From Heterodontus francisci (taxonomy: Eukaryota): 64,000 nucleotides of DNA. Location: positions 88,453,691-88,517,690 of the forward strand of contig NC_090387.1 in assembly GCF_036365525.1 (NCBI RefSeq), read 5' to 3'. The notes beneath the pieces are model-generated. The model was given only the letters and a program-made list of their open reading frames with translations. It did not search any database and was not told where the DNA came from. A program made the translations under genes and the position numbers. Shown here piece after piece: positions 1 through 12,779 of the stretch (position 1 is the stretch's first letter; each line of letters opens with the position of its first letter).

Positions 1-2246
1 ATTGCTAAGTCTCTTCAATCTGCCACACTTTAGCTCCTCCTTTAAGGCTGTCCATCAGCTCTGGCGATCACTGGCAACTGAATCCCACGACTTGTGATCA
101 ATGTCACAGGGCTTCATGTCGCGTTTGCAGACGTCTTTAAAGCGGAGACATGAACGGCCGTGGGTCTGATACCAGTGGCGAGCTCGCTGTACAATGTGTC
201 CTTGGGGATCCTGCCACCTTGAGGACTTTTGTGTTTGAGATATGGTCCTGCCACATGATGCCAAGGATTCCGTGGAGGCAGCGAAGATGGAATTAATTGA
301 GACGTCGCTCTTGGCTGACATATGTTGTCCAGGCCTCGCTGCCGTAGAGCAAGGTACTGAGGACACAGGCTTGATACACTTGGACTTTTCTGTTCCGTGT
401 CAGTGCGCCATTTTCCCACACTCTCTTGGCGAGTCTGGACATAGCTGTGGAAGCCTTTTCCATGTGCTTGTTGATTTCTGCATCGAGAGACAGGTTACTG
501 ATGATAGTTGAGCCCAGGTAGGAGAACTCTTGAACCACTTCCAGAGCATGGTCGCCGATATTGATGGATGGAGCATTTCTGACGTCCTGTCCCATGATTT
601 TCGTTTTCTTGAGGCTGATGGTTAGGCCAAATTCGTTGTAGGCAGCTGCAATCCTGTTGATGAGTCTCTGCAGACACTCTTCAGTGTGAGATGTTAATGC
701 AGCATCGTCAGCAAAGAGGAGTTCCCTGATGAGGACTTTCCATACTTTGGTCTTCGATCTTAGACGGGCAAGGTTGAACAACCTACCACCTGATCTTATG
801 TGGAGGAAAATTTCTTCTTCTGAAGACTTGAACGCTTGTGAGACCAGCAGAGAGAAGAAGATCCCAAACAGTGTAGGTGCGAGAACACAGCCCTGTTTCA
901 CGCCACTCAGGATAGGAAAGGGGTCTGATGAGGTGCCGCTATGCTGAATTGTGCCTTTCATATTTTCATGGAATGAGGTGATGATATTTAATAGCTTTGA
1001 TGGAAATCCGATCTTTTCTTGTAGTCTGAAGAGACCACGTCTGCTGACGAGGTCAAAGGCTTTGGTGAGATCAATGAAAACAACGTAGAGGGGCTTCTGT
1101 TATTTGCAGCATTTCTCCTGTAGCTGGTGAAGGGAGAACAGCATGTCAATGGTGGATCTCTCTGCTCGAAAGCCTCACTGTGCCTCAGGGTAGACATGCT
1201 CAGCCAGCTTCTGAACCCTGTTTAAAGAGACTCGAGCGAAGACTTTCCCCACTATGCTGAGCAGGGAGATTCCACGGTAGTGGTTGCAGTCAGCCTTGTT
1301 CTTCTGCAACTTCTCCTCGCACCCCTTCCCCTACACCCCCTCTCCTACCCTCTGCAGCCCCCTTCCCTGCTCCCACTCGCACCTCCTCCCCCCTGCACCC
1401 CCTTTCCCTACTGCACCCCCTTCCCTCAGCTCCTCCCACCGGCATCCACCTATCCCCGAGCAGGGGCCCTAACAACCCCACTGCCTAGTGGGCGTCTCGG
1501 GAGAGACCAAGGCTAATGGCGTAAACCATAGCAGAAAATACGGAGCAGAACCCCGAATGCGGTCATGTGTCATCTTTGGCATGTTTCTGGCAGTTCCTGC
1601 AGCCATACCCGTGCGAAACGTCGTGCTCTGCACTCATTTGGACCCCACCAGGAAGGCCGAGAGGGGGCTTTGGACGCTTGGACAACTCACAACCTCCATA
1701 CATCCGACAAGGCATTTGCCATGGAGAGGTCACTCCATAGCTGCCTCACAGCGACCAAAACAACATGGAAGGCAGCAGTTATGGGTTATAAGTCCAGCTC
1801 AATTGGTGTAGAGATTGGGCGCCACAGGTTGCCTTTGGCAGTGGGAGAGGTCATCGCATCTCACTGGACAGCTACTGCCCGCCTCAAACCGGGCAGCCCC
1901 CGGTGAGTAGGTTCTGTCCCACCACAGTCCACCTGCTTCAATGGGTGTTTGGAGTCAGGGTCATTTCCCGAAAAGTGGACTGCAGCACCACACCAAAGAG
2001 CATGACAGAAAAAGGAAAGAAGGTACCAGCCCTTCGTTTTGCAAGCTGGAACGTCAGAACTATGTGTCCTGGCCTGTGGGAAGATCTTACACAAATCAAC
2101 GATTCTCAGAATACTGCCATCATTAACAACGAGCTCAGTAAACTAAATGTGGACATTGCAGCACTTCAGGAGACACGCCTCCCTGCGAGCGGATCTCTAA
2201 GAGAGCAAGACTACACCTTCTTCTGGCAGGGTAGGGATCCTGAAGA
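1..2246 (-). mobile_element. RTE-clade LINE copy 1, decayed, with inverted 5' segment
   Basis: Minus 1-~1305 encodes RT (GVKQGCVLAPTLF, LLFADDAAL). Plus ~1310-2246 carries the C-rich 5' UTR and the APE start (ALRFASWNVRT..DIAALQETRL..FWQGRDPE). The 3' end lies outside the window. Confidence 0.9.
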
Positions 2247-2249
2247 TAG

Positions 2250-4040
2250 TTTAATACTGACATTTGAAAAGGGATATGGAGCAGGTGCACAGAACTAGAG
2301 GTTCATTTCTAGAGGTATATAATTAAAAAGCAGAGACGTTATGTTAAACCTTTATAGAATCTTGATAAGACAACACCTGGAGTATTATGAGCAATTCTTG
2401 CGCCCGTAGCATAATAAGATAGACACAGAGGCAAAGAAGAAGATGTAAATGCATTGTGTAGAAAAATACAGACGTTACATTTATCAGGAAAGAATGCATG
2501 CGTCGGTTGTTCTCTTTTTAAAGTAGTAGAAACAGTGTTATTATTATTAGTAGTAAAGAAATATTATGCAGAGATCAATAGGACTTAAAATCAACAAATC
2601 CCCCGGACCTGCCGACTTGCACCCGAGCTTTCTAAAAGCTGGAACTGCAGAGATAGTCGGTGCATTAGTTTTGATTTTCCAATATTCCCTAGATTTTAGA
2701 AGAGTCCCAAGGATTGGAAGGCAGCAAACCGAATCCACTATTCAAGAAAGGAGGGAGAGACAATGCAATGAGCTTTTGACGGGTTAACCTGACATCAGTA
2801 GGAGACAACATGACAGAATCTATTATTAAGGACGTGACAACAGGGCACTTCGAAAACGATAATATGATTATGCAGAGTAAATATGGATTCATGAAAGAAA
2901 AATCGCGTCTGACAAACTTACTAACTAGTGTAACTAGTCGGGCGCATAAGAGGAAAATAATGACATTGTGTATTTGCATTTTCCAAAAAAAAACCGCAGT
3001 CATTAAGGTTTGGTAGAAGAGGTAATGAAGAAAAATTTAGGCTCATGGGATTGGAGATTGAGAATTGGTTAACGGATAGAAATCAGAAATTAGAAAGATT
3101 TTCATTTTCGTGTTGGACAAACCAGAAAAAACAATGTTTGCGTCCCAGCTATTTACAAGCTAGATCAATTACCTAAATGAGGGCACTGAATGTTATGTAT
3201 CCAAATATGTTGATGATACAAAGTTAGGTGGGAAAGTAACTTTTGAGGTCAATGAAAAGAAAGTGCAAAACGATCCAGGCTGGTTGACTGAAAGGGTAAG
3301 AACATGGCAGATGGAATATAAGGTAGGGAAGTGTGAAGTTATCCATTTTTGGAAAGAAAAGTTGAAAAACAGAACATTTCTAGAATGGCGAGAGACTGGA
3401 AAATGTTGAAATTCAGTTGGACCTGGATCTCCTTGTACACGAATCACAGGAAGTTAACAAGCAGGCACAGCAAGTTAGTAGGATAGCTGATCATACGTTA
3501 GCATTTCAAACAAAGGATTTGGAGTATAAAAGTGAAGAATTCTGATTCCAGTTATGCAAGGCACTGGTGACGTTACCTAAGGAAGAATATACTTGCCTTG
3601 GAGGGAGGGCAACGAAGGCTCACATGATTGACTCTTGGGATCAGGGGTTTGTCTTATGAGGTGAGATTGAGTAAATAGTTCTACATTTCTTAGAATTTAG
3701 CAGACAGAGCTGATTGCATTGAAACATATAAAATGCTCAAGGGGCTTGATAAAGTAGATGCTAGGAGGACGTTTCCCGTTGCTGAGGACACTGGAACTAG
3801 GTATCACAGAATATGACTCCGATTAGGCGAAATTTCTTCATTCAAAGAGTTGAGATCTTGGGAATTCTCAATCCAAGGGAGCTGTGGGTACTCAATCGTT
3901 GAGTATTTGCATGACAGAAATAGATAGATTTTTGATACTAAGGGAAATATCGGATATTGGAATAGTATGGGAAGGTGGACTTGAGATAGAAGATCATCCA
4001 TGATCACATTGAATGGTGTATTACTGTTTTTATTTCTTAT
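2250..4040 (+). mobile_element. Decayed CR1 LINE ORF2 fragments
   Basis: KINKSPGPADLHP, YGFMKEKSRLTNL and SKYVDDT-like motifs with many stops and frameshifts. Confidence 0.8.
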
Positions 4041-4119
4041 GATTTTAAGACTGTGGGATGATCTGATATAGGTTTTTATAATTATAAAAAGGATTACCGG
4101 AGTAGACAAATAAGAGATA

Positions 4120-5350
4120 TGTTTTATTCTTTCATGGGATGTGAATATCGATGCCAAGGACAGCATTTGCTGCCCATCCATAATTACCCTTGAGAAGTGA
4201 TGGTTGTGGCGAGTCTCCACCTTGAATTGCTGCAGGCCACCTGGTGTAGATACACCCACAGTGCTGTTAGAAATGGATTTCTATGTTTTTGACCCGGCGA
4301 AGGAACAGTGTTACAGATCCAAGTCAGGATGATGTGTGACTTGATGAGAAACGTGCAGGTGGTGGTGCTCCCATGTTTCTGATGCCTGTGTCCTTATAGG
4401 TGGTAGAGATAGCAGGTTTTGAAGGTGCTATTGAAGAAGGCTTGGTGAGCTAATGCTGTGCATCTCGTATATGGTAGGTATTGCTGCCACGGTGCACGGG
4501 TGGTGGAAGGAGTGAATGTTTAAGGTTGTAGATGGGAAGCTGATCAAGCAAGCTGCGTTATCCTGCATGGTGTCGACCTTCTTATGTGTTGTTCGAGCCG
4601 CGCTCATCCAGACAATTGGAAAGTATTCCATCACACTCTTGGCTTGGGACTTATAGTTGGTGAACAGGCTGTGGAGTGTCAGGAGGTGAGTTATCCACCG
4701 CAGAATTCCCAGCCTCTGACCTGCTCTTGTAGGCAGAGTATTTATATTGTTGGTCCAGTTCGGTCCCTTGTCAATCATAAGCCCAGAATGTTGACAGCGG
4801 GAGATTCAGCGATGGTAGTGCTGTTGAATGACAAGGTATGGTGTTCAGATTTTCTTTGTCATTGCCTGGAATTTGTGTCGTGAAAATTTTACTTGCCACT
4901 TATTAGCCAAAGTCTGAATGTTGTGAAGGGGTGCTGTATGAGGTCATGGTTTGCTCCAGTGACGTAGGAGTCACAAATGGTACTGAAAATTGTGCAATCA
5001 TCGGTGAAGATCCCTATTGCTGATTTTATGATGGAGAGCAGGCCATTGATGAAACAGCTGAAGATGGATGGGCCTAGGACACTACCCTGAGGAACTCCTG
5101 CAGCGATATACAGGGGCTTAAAAGTCTTGCCTACGACAAGCACAACCATCTTCATTTGTCATAGATATGACTTCAACAACGGAAGGGTTTCCCCCCTGAT
5201 TCCTATTGACTTCAATTTTGCTAGGGCTCCTTGATGTCACACTCGGTCAAATACTGCCTTGAAGTCGAGGGCAGTCACTCTCACCTCACCTCTTGAATTC
5301 AGCTTTTTTTGTCCATGTTTGGACGTCGGCTTTAATGCGACCTGTAGCTG
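4120..5350 (-). mobile_element. Decayed CR1-group LINE 3' part (second family)
   Basis: GVPQGSVLGPSIFSCFIN..FTDDCT; same family as 59170-61200. Confidence 0.8.
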
Positions 5351-5942
5351 ACTGGCCCTGGGGATATTTCCACTTGTGAAAGAGAGCAGACCTAGAGGTC
5401 ATAATGATAAGATAGTCACTAATAAATCCTAAATAAATCGCTTGGAAACCTCTTCACCCATGGAATGATTATAATGTGCAATTCGCTACCACAAGGAGCA
5501 GTATAGACGACCAACATAGGTGTAATTAAAAGTTGGAGGAGGTTCGTATGGAACATAAATGTTGGCACGAACTTGTTGAGCCGAGTAGCCTGTCTCTGTG
5601 TTGTAAACACCATGTAAGAATGCTGTGCAATGTATGTAACAGAACTGACCCAACTAACTACCCTTATCGGTAGCTATCGGACGAGACAAAGGGGCTCTTA
5701 TTTCCTTTAATCCCATTTGAAACCTTTGATTCTCTTATTTTACAGGGATTGCCGATTTCAGGAATAGTTGCAGGTCCAGAACCCAGTATTTTTCTGTCAT
5801 TACATCTTCTGCTCCTTCCACCCATTCCAATAAATGACAATGCGATTTGCAAACAGCCCACAACATGCAGGTAGTTGCACTATTCAGACACCAAGACTGC
5901 CAGTCTCTGTGCAACTGTAACATCAATGGGCATTGTTGGTGC

Positions 5943-6092
5943 TTATGCAATCTCGGATTCTCCAATTGGCTTGGATATCTTGATCTCTGCATACTCCGCT
6001 CTCCTTTTCTTCTGTTCCCTTATCGCTGTCTTCTGGGAAGCAGTGAAATCCGGAGACGCGTAAGCCACTTGAACATCCGTCTCTTGCTTGTA
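5943..6092 (-). CDS. Gene A exon 7 (last; cytoplasmic): YKQETDVQVAYASPDFTASQKTAIREQKKRRAEYAEIKISKPIGESEIA*
   Basis: Acceptor ttattgttgcttccacAG, phase 0, 150 nt, TAA at 5943-5945; ITIM/ITSM-like VAYASP and AEYAEI. Confidence 0.8.
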   Translation of the reverse strand, partial: YKQETDVQVAYASPDFTASQKTAIREQKKRRAEYAEIKISKPIGESEIA

Positions 6093-6232
6093 CTGTGGAA
6101 GCAACAATAAACGATCATTCGCATATGTTACTCAAACTAAATGTTCCAGGCTGTTAATATACATTACTGAGAGCAGAGGCTAGTGCCGGAGCGGGCCTGG
6201 TTGGAATGAAATGTTTGATTTCTCGTTCGTAC

Positions 6233-6343
6233 CTGAGCATAGACGGTGCGCTCATCCTCACGTCTGGATTTCCCAGTTTTCCTGTGCGTGCTGATGTTGA
6301 GGACAGCGTAAGACGGACTCCCCGCCTCTCCTCCCAGCACGGT
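6233..6343 (-). CDS. Gene A exon 6 (cytoplasmic): TVLGGEAGSPSYAVLNISTHRKTGKSRREDERTVYAQ
   Basis: Acceptor cctctcctcAG, donor CAG|GTacga, 111 nt, phase 0-0; Tyr motifs SYAVL and TVYAQ. Confidence 0.8.
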
Positions 6344-7331
6344 CTGAGGAGAGGTTTTGGAGAAATATTAGCTGTATATCAAATCACAAAATCACAGGAC
6401 CACAAAAAAACTAATTGATTATGGATTTGGAATGTATAATCGGTGCAGGTCATAGCTGTAAATGTCATTGTCCGTGTGATAATTGTCATAAGAGGACAAC
6501 AGAGACAATTAATGCGCAGCTGGAGTCCGTCCCCTACACATTCAATCACAAGGCGTGTTATCAGAACCCATCCTGACGCACTGGGAAAAAGTCTGGCCCG
6601 TGTGTTATTGTGCGATACCGCACATCCATATTCTGACTTTGCTAATTTCAGAAAATACATATGACCTCAATGGTTCTGGGCCCCCAGGAAGGGATGGGTG
6701 TAAGGGATAAGGCATCTCTGTCAAGGCCAGCTCCAGTCAACACTCAGAAGTCTATGGGGATGTCCGCTAACAACATAATGGAGCTAGGTTATGCCACTTC
6801 ACGCGTTTGAGTAACTGTCCAACCCACACCGACAAGACACAGATATCACCATCAGTATCTGCGACAACTGGTGGGTTGCGTGAGTTCCAGTATCATTGTT
6901 GCCCTGATGGGCGACAAGATCTGAGGCGAGGAGGACACTAGGGAAACAGTGAATTTGGCAGTGTACGCTGCTTACTTCACCGTGAGCGCGAGCAGTTCTG
7001 GTGTTCCAGTAATACCGATATAACCATGGTGTAAATGTGCAATACATTGCAATCGGAGTACATTTCTCATTACATCATAGTGCAACTGACCTGCTCCTCG
7101 ACCTGGCCGGGTATATCCTCACTAATCTCTGTGCCTATTAGAAAACGAAATTGACATCAATGATCAACTTCATCATGAATTAGACGTGCGACATTACTTC
7201 CATCAGAGGTTATTCAACATTCTAGCAAAGTGACCAGACTCACCATCAGTAGCAAAGTCACATTCTATTCCACTGCTGGATGAAATAAGGTATATTGTAC
7301 AGCTGAATACCTCGTGTTACATTGCCACTAC

Positions 7332-7384
7332 CTGCTTCATGCTTTCTACCCTCGGGTTGCTGCCCTTCCCCGCAGAGTCCAACA
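7332..7384 (-). CDS. Gene A exon 5 (short cytoplasmic): VLDSAGKGSNPRVESMKQ
   Basis: AG/GT bounded, 53 nt, phase 1-0, which exactly bridges the TM exon (phase 1) to exon 6 (phase 0). The polypyrimidine tract is weak. Confidence 0.65.
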
Positions 7385-7672
7385 CTAGCGGCATTTAGTG
7401 AGTTCACATCATCACCTTCAGTTATTGTAAAGCACGAAAACATTGTTAAGTTTATTCAAACGATGGGAAATCATTCTAGCGGGTATAATGCGTTTTAGAT
7501 CCTGCCTCCTTCATAATGCTGGGCCCCAGGAGGACAATCTCTGTGTGTGCAATATACAGTGCTCTGGAAATTGAGATCCCAATTTGGACCATTAAGCTGC
7601 CCGCTGCCGCAGCGTTCAATTGCAACTAGACGATAAAAGTCAATTCTGAACCAGGATCGTGTCACATCTTAC

Positions 7673-7786
7673 CTTCAATTCTGCTTAATTTGCATCGCTT
7701 GATAATAATTACCAGCAGCAAAATTATTAACCCGCCTGCTGCACATCCATAAACAATGGGGTAGAGGGAAGAACGGATACCATTAC
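7673..7786 (-). CDS. Gene A exon 4 (transmembrane): GNGIRSSLYPIVYGCAAGGLIILLLVIIIKRCKLSRIE
   Basis: Acceptor gccttttAG, donor GAAG|GTaaga, 114 nt, phase 1-1; hydrophobic stretch followed by KR stop-transfer; no charged TM residue. Confidence 0.85.
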
Positions 7787-8329
7787 CTAAAAGGCGTAGA
7801 GAAAATTGAATGTTCTTACTTCCTAGAGGAAACAATGTTAAATAATTAAGCAACGTCAGATAACAGACAGCACCGACAAATGCCAAATCATCAACTCTCA
7901 CGGAGGTACTAAGGAGACTCATTTTTTTTTCATTCTTAGACCATACTGCAGCAACATTAAAGGGCTAAAGTGCAAGACAGTGTAAACTACATATGAACTA
8001 TCCATGTGTTATAATATAAGACCTGAAATCTGATTAACTGTCATATTTAACTCAATGATTATTCAGCTTTTTTCATGATGTGTGCGTAACCTTATGCATG
8101 GCTGCCTCTGTCTGTCTCTCTCCGTGTATCGTTGTGCCGAAAAGAAATTCACCCAAATGAATTAAAAATAAATGCTGCGCCAAATGCAGCAAAAAGAATG
8201 ATGGGAACACTAATCCAAAACTAGCAGAAGCGAGTTCCTGTGGATCATATTGACCATCAAGTACATCATGCAAGACCCAATCCACCTTCAACGCACAGCT
8301 ATATGATTCTGAGGGATCTGCTAGGTTTC

Positions 8330-9790
8330 AGGTCTGGTGCTTGTCACAACATTGGATTTCGGGATGTTGTTGGAGGAATGCAAATATTGCACCTTTGTTT
8401 AAACAAGGGGAAAAGGGCAAAGCCAGCAACTACAGGCCACTCAGCCTTATGTGGTGCAGAAACGTTAAAAGCAACAATCAAGGAAAAAATAATTGGCATT
8501 TGGGAAAGGTATGGGCTCGTAAGTGAAAGTGAGCACAGATTGTGAAAAGACAAATCGGTTTGACTAACTTGATTAAGCTATTTGATTAACTGAGAGGGTC
8601 GATGTAAGTAGTATAGTTGATCTATGCATGGATTTTCTAAAGGCGTTTGACCAAATACCACAAATTCGATTTTTTCGCAAAATTAAAGCCCATGGGATTA
8701 AGCAGACAGTGACACAATGGATTCAAACTTGACTAAGCGACGGTGAACCGAAAGTGGTGACCAACGATTTTTTTTCAGAATGGAGGGAGGTATCCAGTGG
8801 TGTTCCCAATGATCGATAGGAAGACTACTGCTCTTTTGATATATATTAACGACGTGGACTTGGGTACCTAGGCCATAATGTCAAAATTTCAGATAACCCA
8901 ACAACCCAGAAAATTACTAAACAATGAGGGGGATTGTCACAAAAATTAGGCGGACAGAGACAGCTTGGTAAATTGGGCAGACTTGTGGCAAATGAAATAT
9001 GAGGCAGAAAAAATGTGAAGTGGTGTGTATTGCTAGGCAGAATGTGAAGAAGTAGTATGAAGAAAGGTACTGAATCTTAATGGTTTGCTACATCAGAGAA
9101 AGGAGGTTTACATACTCAGATAGTTCATAGTGGCATGACAAGTTGAGAAGGCTGTTATAAATTAAGGTATTCTTGGTTTTATTAATAGAGGAAGAGTTCA
9201 AAACAAAGGAAGTCATGTTCAGCACTTATGGAACATTCGCTAGATCTCATCTGAAGTGTTGCATCAAAATCTGGACCCCACACTTTAGGAAGGATTTTAA
9301 GGCTTTAGAGAGGGTGTGGAAGATATTTGCTAGAATAGTACCAGGTTCGTGGAATTTTAATTATGTGGAGAGACTGGAGTAGCTAGGCGCGTTCTCCATA
9401 GAGTACAGAAGGTAAAGAATAGATTTTAAAGAGGTGTTCAAAATCTTAGACAGTTTTGATAGAGTAAATAAGAAGTTTTCCAGTTGCTGAAGGGTCAGTA
9501 ACCCGAGACCACAGATTGAAAGTGCTTGTCATGCAAGTAGAGGACACATAGGAAAAAAAAAAGAAAAGGTTTTTGCACAACGAGTTGATGTGATCTGGAA
9601 TGCACTACCTGAAAACATGACAGAAATAAATGCAATAGTAACATTGAAAAGGGAAGTGGACAACTGCTTGGAGGGAGAACATTTACAGGGGTATGAGGAA
9701 AGAGCGGGACTAATTGCATAGCTCTACGAAAAAAATGCACATTTGCACGATGGACCGAATGACTTGTTTCTGTGCTGTATGATTCAATGA
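8330..9790 (+). mobile_element. Decayed CR1 LINE (RT and 3' tail), intronic
   Basis: WRNANIAPLFKQGEKGKASNYRPLSL, WTPHFRKDFKALERV. Confidence 0.8.
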
Positions 9791-10389
9791 TATTGACCTT
9801 TGGTAGTAATTCTCCCAGTTCCTATTTACTCACTGCACGAGTCTTCAGCTTATTCCTGAGGCAGAAGATAAATGTCCTGACAGCTAAAGTAGCGTGCTTA
9901 CATGACATGGATTCATGCCCCATCCTTCACCAAAATTTAGCTAATCCAAATGCTCTCTCCACGTGTACACGGTCTAGCTTAAGTATATCCACCCGAAGTC
10001 AATGCCTTTCTAAAGTAGAAATCATGATAACTAAAGATTTTTAAACTAGGTGTTAACCTATTGGTTCTCCTCTAAACGTTTTCCCAATATCTCAATATCT
10101 CTCACTATATAAGGAAACCATAACTGGACAGGGTTGTAGGTGAGGGCCGACCAAGGACAAGGGCAGTATAGCACTCTTCTATCGATTTTCCGTTGCTATA
10201 CATGCCAATGCTCTACTTTTGGCTACAGCCTCACGACAGTGATAGTGGCCGTTTCCGTGCACAATAACACCTAGGTCCCTTTCCCTTTGAACTTAGATTA
10301 CTTCAGAGCTCGGCACACTATGCACATGCTTGTCATTAGCCTTACCCACGTATATTACACGACCGATATCTACGTTAGATAAGAACATA

Positions 10390-12300
10390 CAAACAGACGA
10401 ATTATGAGCAGGAATAGGCCACTCGGCGCCTTGAGCTGATCATGGCTGATCTGATCGTAACCTCAGCTCCACAGTCCCGCCTACTTCCGATACCTTTCAC
10501 CTCCTTGCTTAACAAGAATTTATCTAGCTCTGCCTTAAAATATTTGAAAACTCTACTTCCAATGCTTTTTGAGGAAGAAAGTTCCAAAGACTCACGACCC
10601 TCTGAAAGAAAAAGAAAAGATCGCCTCATCCCTGGCTTAAATGGGCGACTCCTTATTTTTAAACAGTGACCACCTAATTCTACATTCTCCCACAAGAGGA
10701 AACATCCTTTCCACATCCACCCTGTCAATACCCCTCAGGAGCTTAAATGTTTCCATCAGGCCACCTCCTACCCTTCTAAACCCCAGCGGATACACGCCTA
10801 GCCTGTCCAACCTTTCCTCATAAGACAACACGCCCATTCCAGATAACTGCTTCCAATGTATTTACATATTCCCTTAAATAAGGGGACCAATAATGTATAC
10901 AGTACTCCAGATGTTGTCTCACCACTACCCTGTATAGCTGAAGCATAACCTCCCTACTCTTGCATTCAATTCCCCTCACAATAAATGATAAACTTCTATT
11001 AACTCTCCTAATTACTTGCTGTATCTGCATACTAACCTTTTGTGATTCATGCATTAGGACACCCAGATCCCTCAGCATCTCAGAGCTCCGCAATTTTTCA
11101 CCATTTAGATAATGCATCTTATTTATTCTTCCCGCCAAAATGGGCAATTTCACATTTTCCCACATTACACTCTATTTGCCAGATCTTTGCCCACTCACTT
11201 AACCTATCTATATCTCTTTGTAGGCTCCTTATTTACTTTTCACAACTTACCATCCTATCTACCCTTGTATGATCAGCACATTTTGCAACCATACCTTCGG
11301 GCCCTTCATCCAAGTTATTGATTTAAGTTCTAAAAAGTTGAGGCCCCAGCACTGATCCCTGTGGCACACCATTCTTTACATCTTGCCAATCAGAAAATGA
11401 CCCATTTATGCCTACTCTCTGTTTCCGATTAGCTAGCCAATTTTCTATCCAGCCCATACACCATTTGTTTTTATTTCCTGCAATGACCTCTGACGTGGCA
11501 CCTGATCAAATGTCTTATGGTAATCTAAGTACAGTACATCCATTGGTTCCCCTTTATCCACAGCACATGTTACTTCTTCAAAGAACTCCAATAAATTGTT
11601 TAGAAATGATTTCCCTTTCACAAAACCACGTTGACGCTACATGATCACCTTGATTTTTTCTAAGTGCCCTGCTATAACATCTTTATTAAAAGCTTCCGAC
11701 ATTTTCCCTATGATAATTGTTAAATTAACTGGCCTGTAGTTTCCTGCTTTCTGTCTCCCCCCGCCCCCCTTTTTGAATAAAGGAGTTGCATTCGCTATTT
11801 TCCAATCTAATGGAGCGTTCCCCGAATCTAGGGAATGTTGGAAAATTAAAATCAACACATCAACTATTTCACGAGCGACTTGTTTTAAGAACTTAGGATG
11901 AAGTCCATCAGGACCCTGGGGCTTGTCAATCCGCAGCTTCAACAATTTGCTCAGTCCAATTTCGCTGGTGCAATTTTATTCAGTTCCTCCCTCCCTTTCA
12001 TTTCCTGATTTACAGCTGTTTTTGCAATGTTACTTGTATCCTCTATAGTGATGACCGATGCAAAATACCTCCTCAATTCATCGGCCAGCTCCTTATTTTC
12101 CATTCATAGTTCCCCAGATTCGATTTCTCTAGGACCAACGCTTTATAGGAACTCCTGTTATCCGTTTTTATATTTCTAGCAAGCTTTTTCTCGTATTTCC
12201 CTCCCCACCCATTGAATTTTTAGCCATTCTCTGCTGCTTTTTAAATTTTTTGTCCAATCTTCTAACCTGCTACCCATTTTTGCGCAATTATATGCTAATG
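10390..12300 (-). mobile_element. Decayed CR1 LINE (RT and 3' tail), intronic
   Basis: KPQGPDGLHP..WKIANATPLFKK..GNYRPVNL; HLEYCIHYWSPY; SYEERLDRLG. Confidence 0.85.
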
Positions 12301-12497
12301 AAATCTACCATATGCATGCCATTTCCCGATGGCATCTAGATCGGTCCATAATCTATTTCGGTTTGGTGCTCAACGGTTCTGACACCAGCAAAGACATGCG
12401 TACCATCAGTGATCATGTGGACCCCGCAAGTTAGTGACAGCACCTATATCTAACTCAGGTACAGTTCAGAGGAGTATTGAAAATCTGCGTCCCTTAC

Positions 12498-12779
12498 CTT
12501 GGCCAGGAACCGTGCAACTGTCGTTGGCTGGCAATCCGAGAGAGACATGTGAAACCTGGCAGGTATAAACTGACCCGCTCTTCACAGGTTTAAGGACACT
12601 GAAAACTTGATACAATCCCTCCTGGTTCCGTCTTTCCGTGATGTTTATCCCAGATGTAATCTCGACATCATTTTTATACCAAGTGAGGTTGAACTCCTTC
12701 GGGAAGAACCTAGTTGTTGTGCAGAGGAGTGTGAAGGACGGAGAAGACGGACAGAAAATCGTCACTGGTGTTGGCGGCA
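12498..12779 (-). CDS. Gene A exon 3: Ig C1-set domain
   Basis: (V)PPTPVTIFC..TLLCTTTRFFPKEFNLTWYKN..GLYQVFSVL..YTCQVSHVSL, matching C1 CxxxxFxP..W..YxCxVxHxxL. Acceptor ttcctAG, donor AG|GTaagg, 282 nt, phase 1-1. Confidence 0.93.

Noticed and set aside
7258-7443. ORF-track frame GLCGEGQQ..LYNIPYF as a Tyr-bearing tail exon
   Set aside because: Splice phases select the other frame (VLDSAGKG..MKQ), with a donor at 7331.
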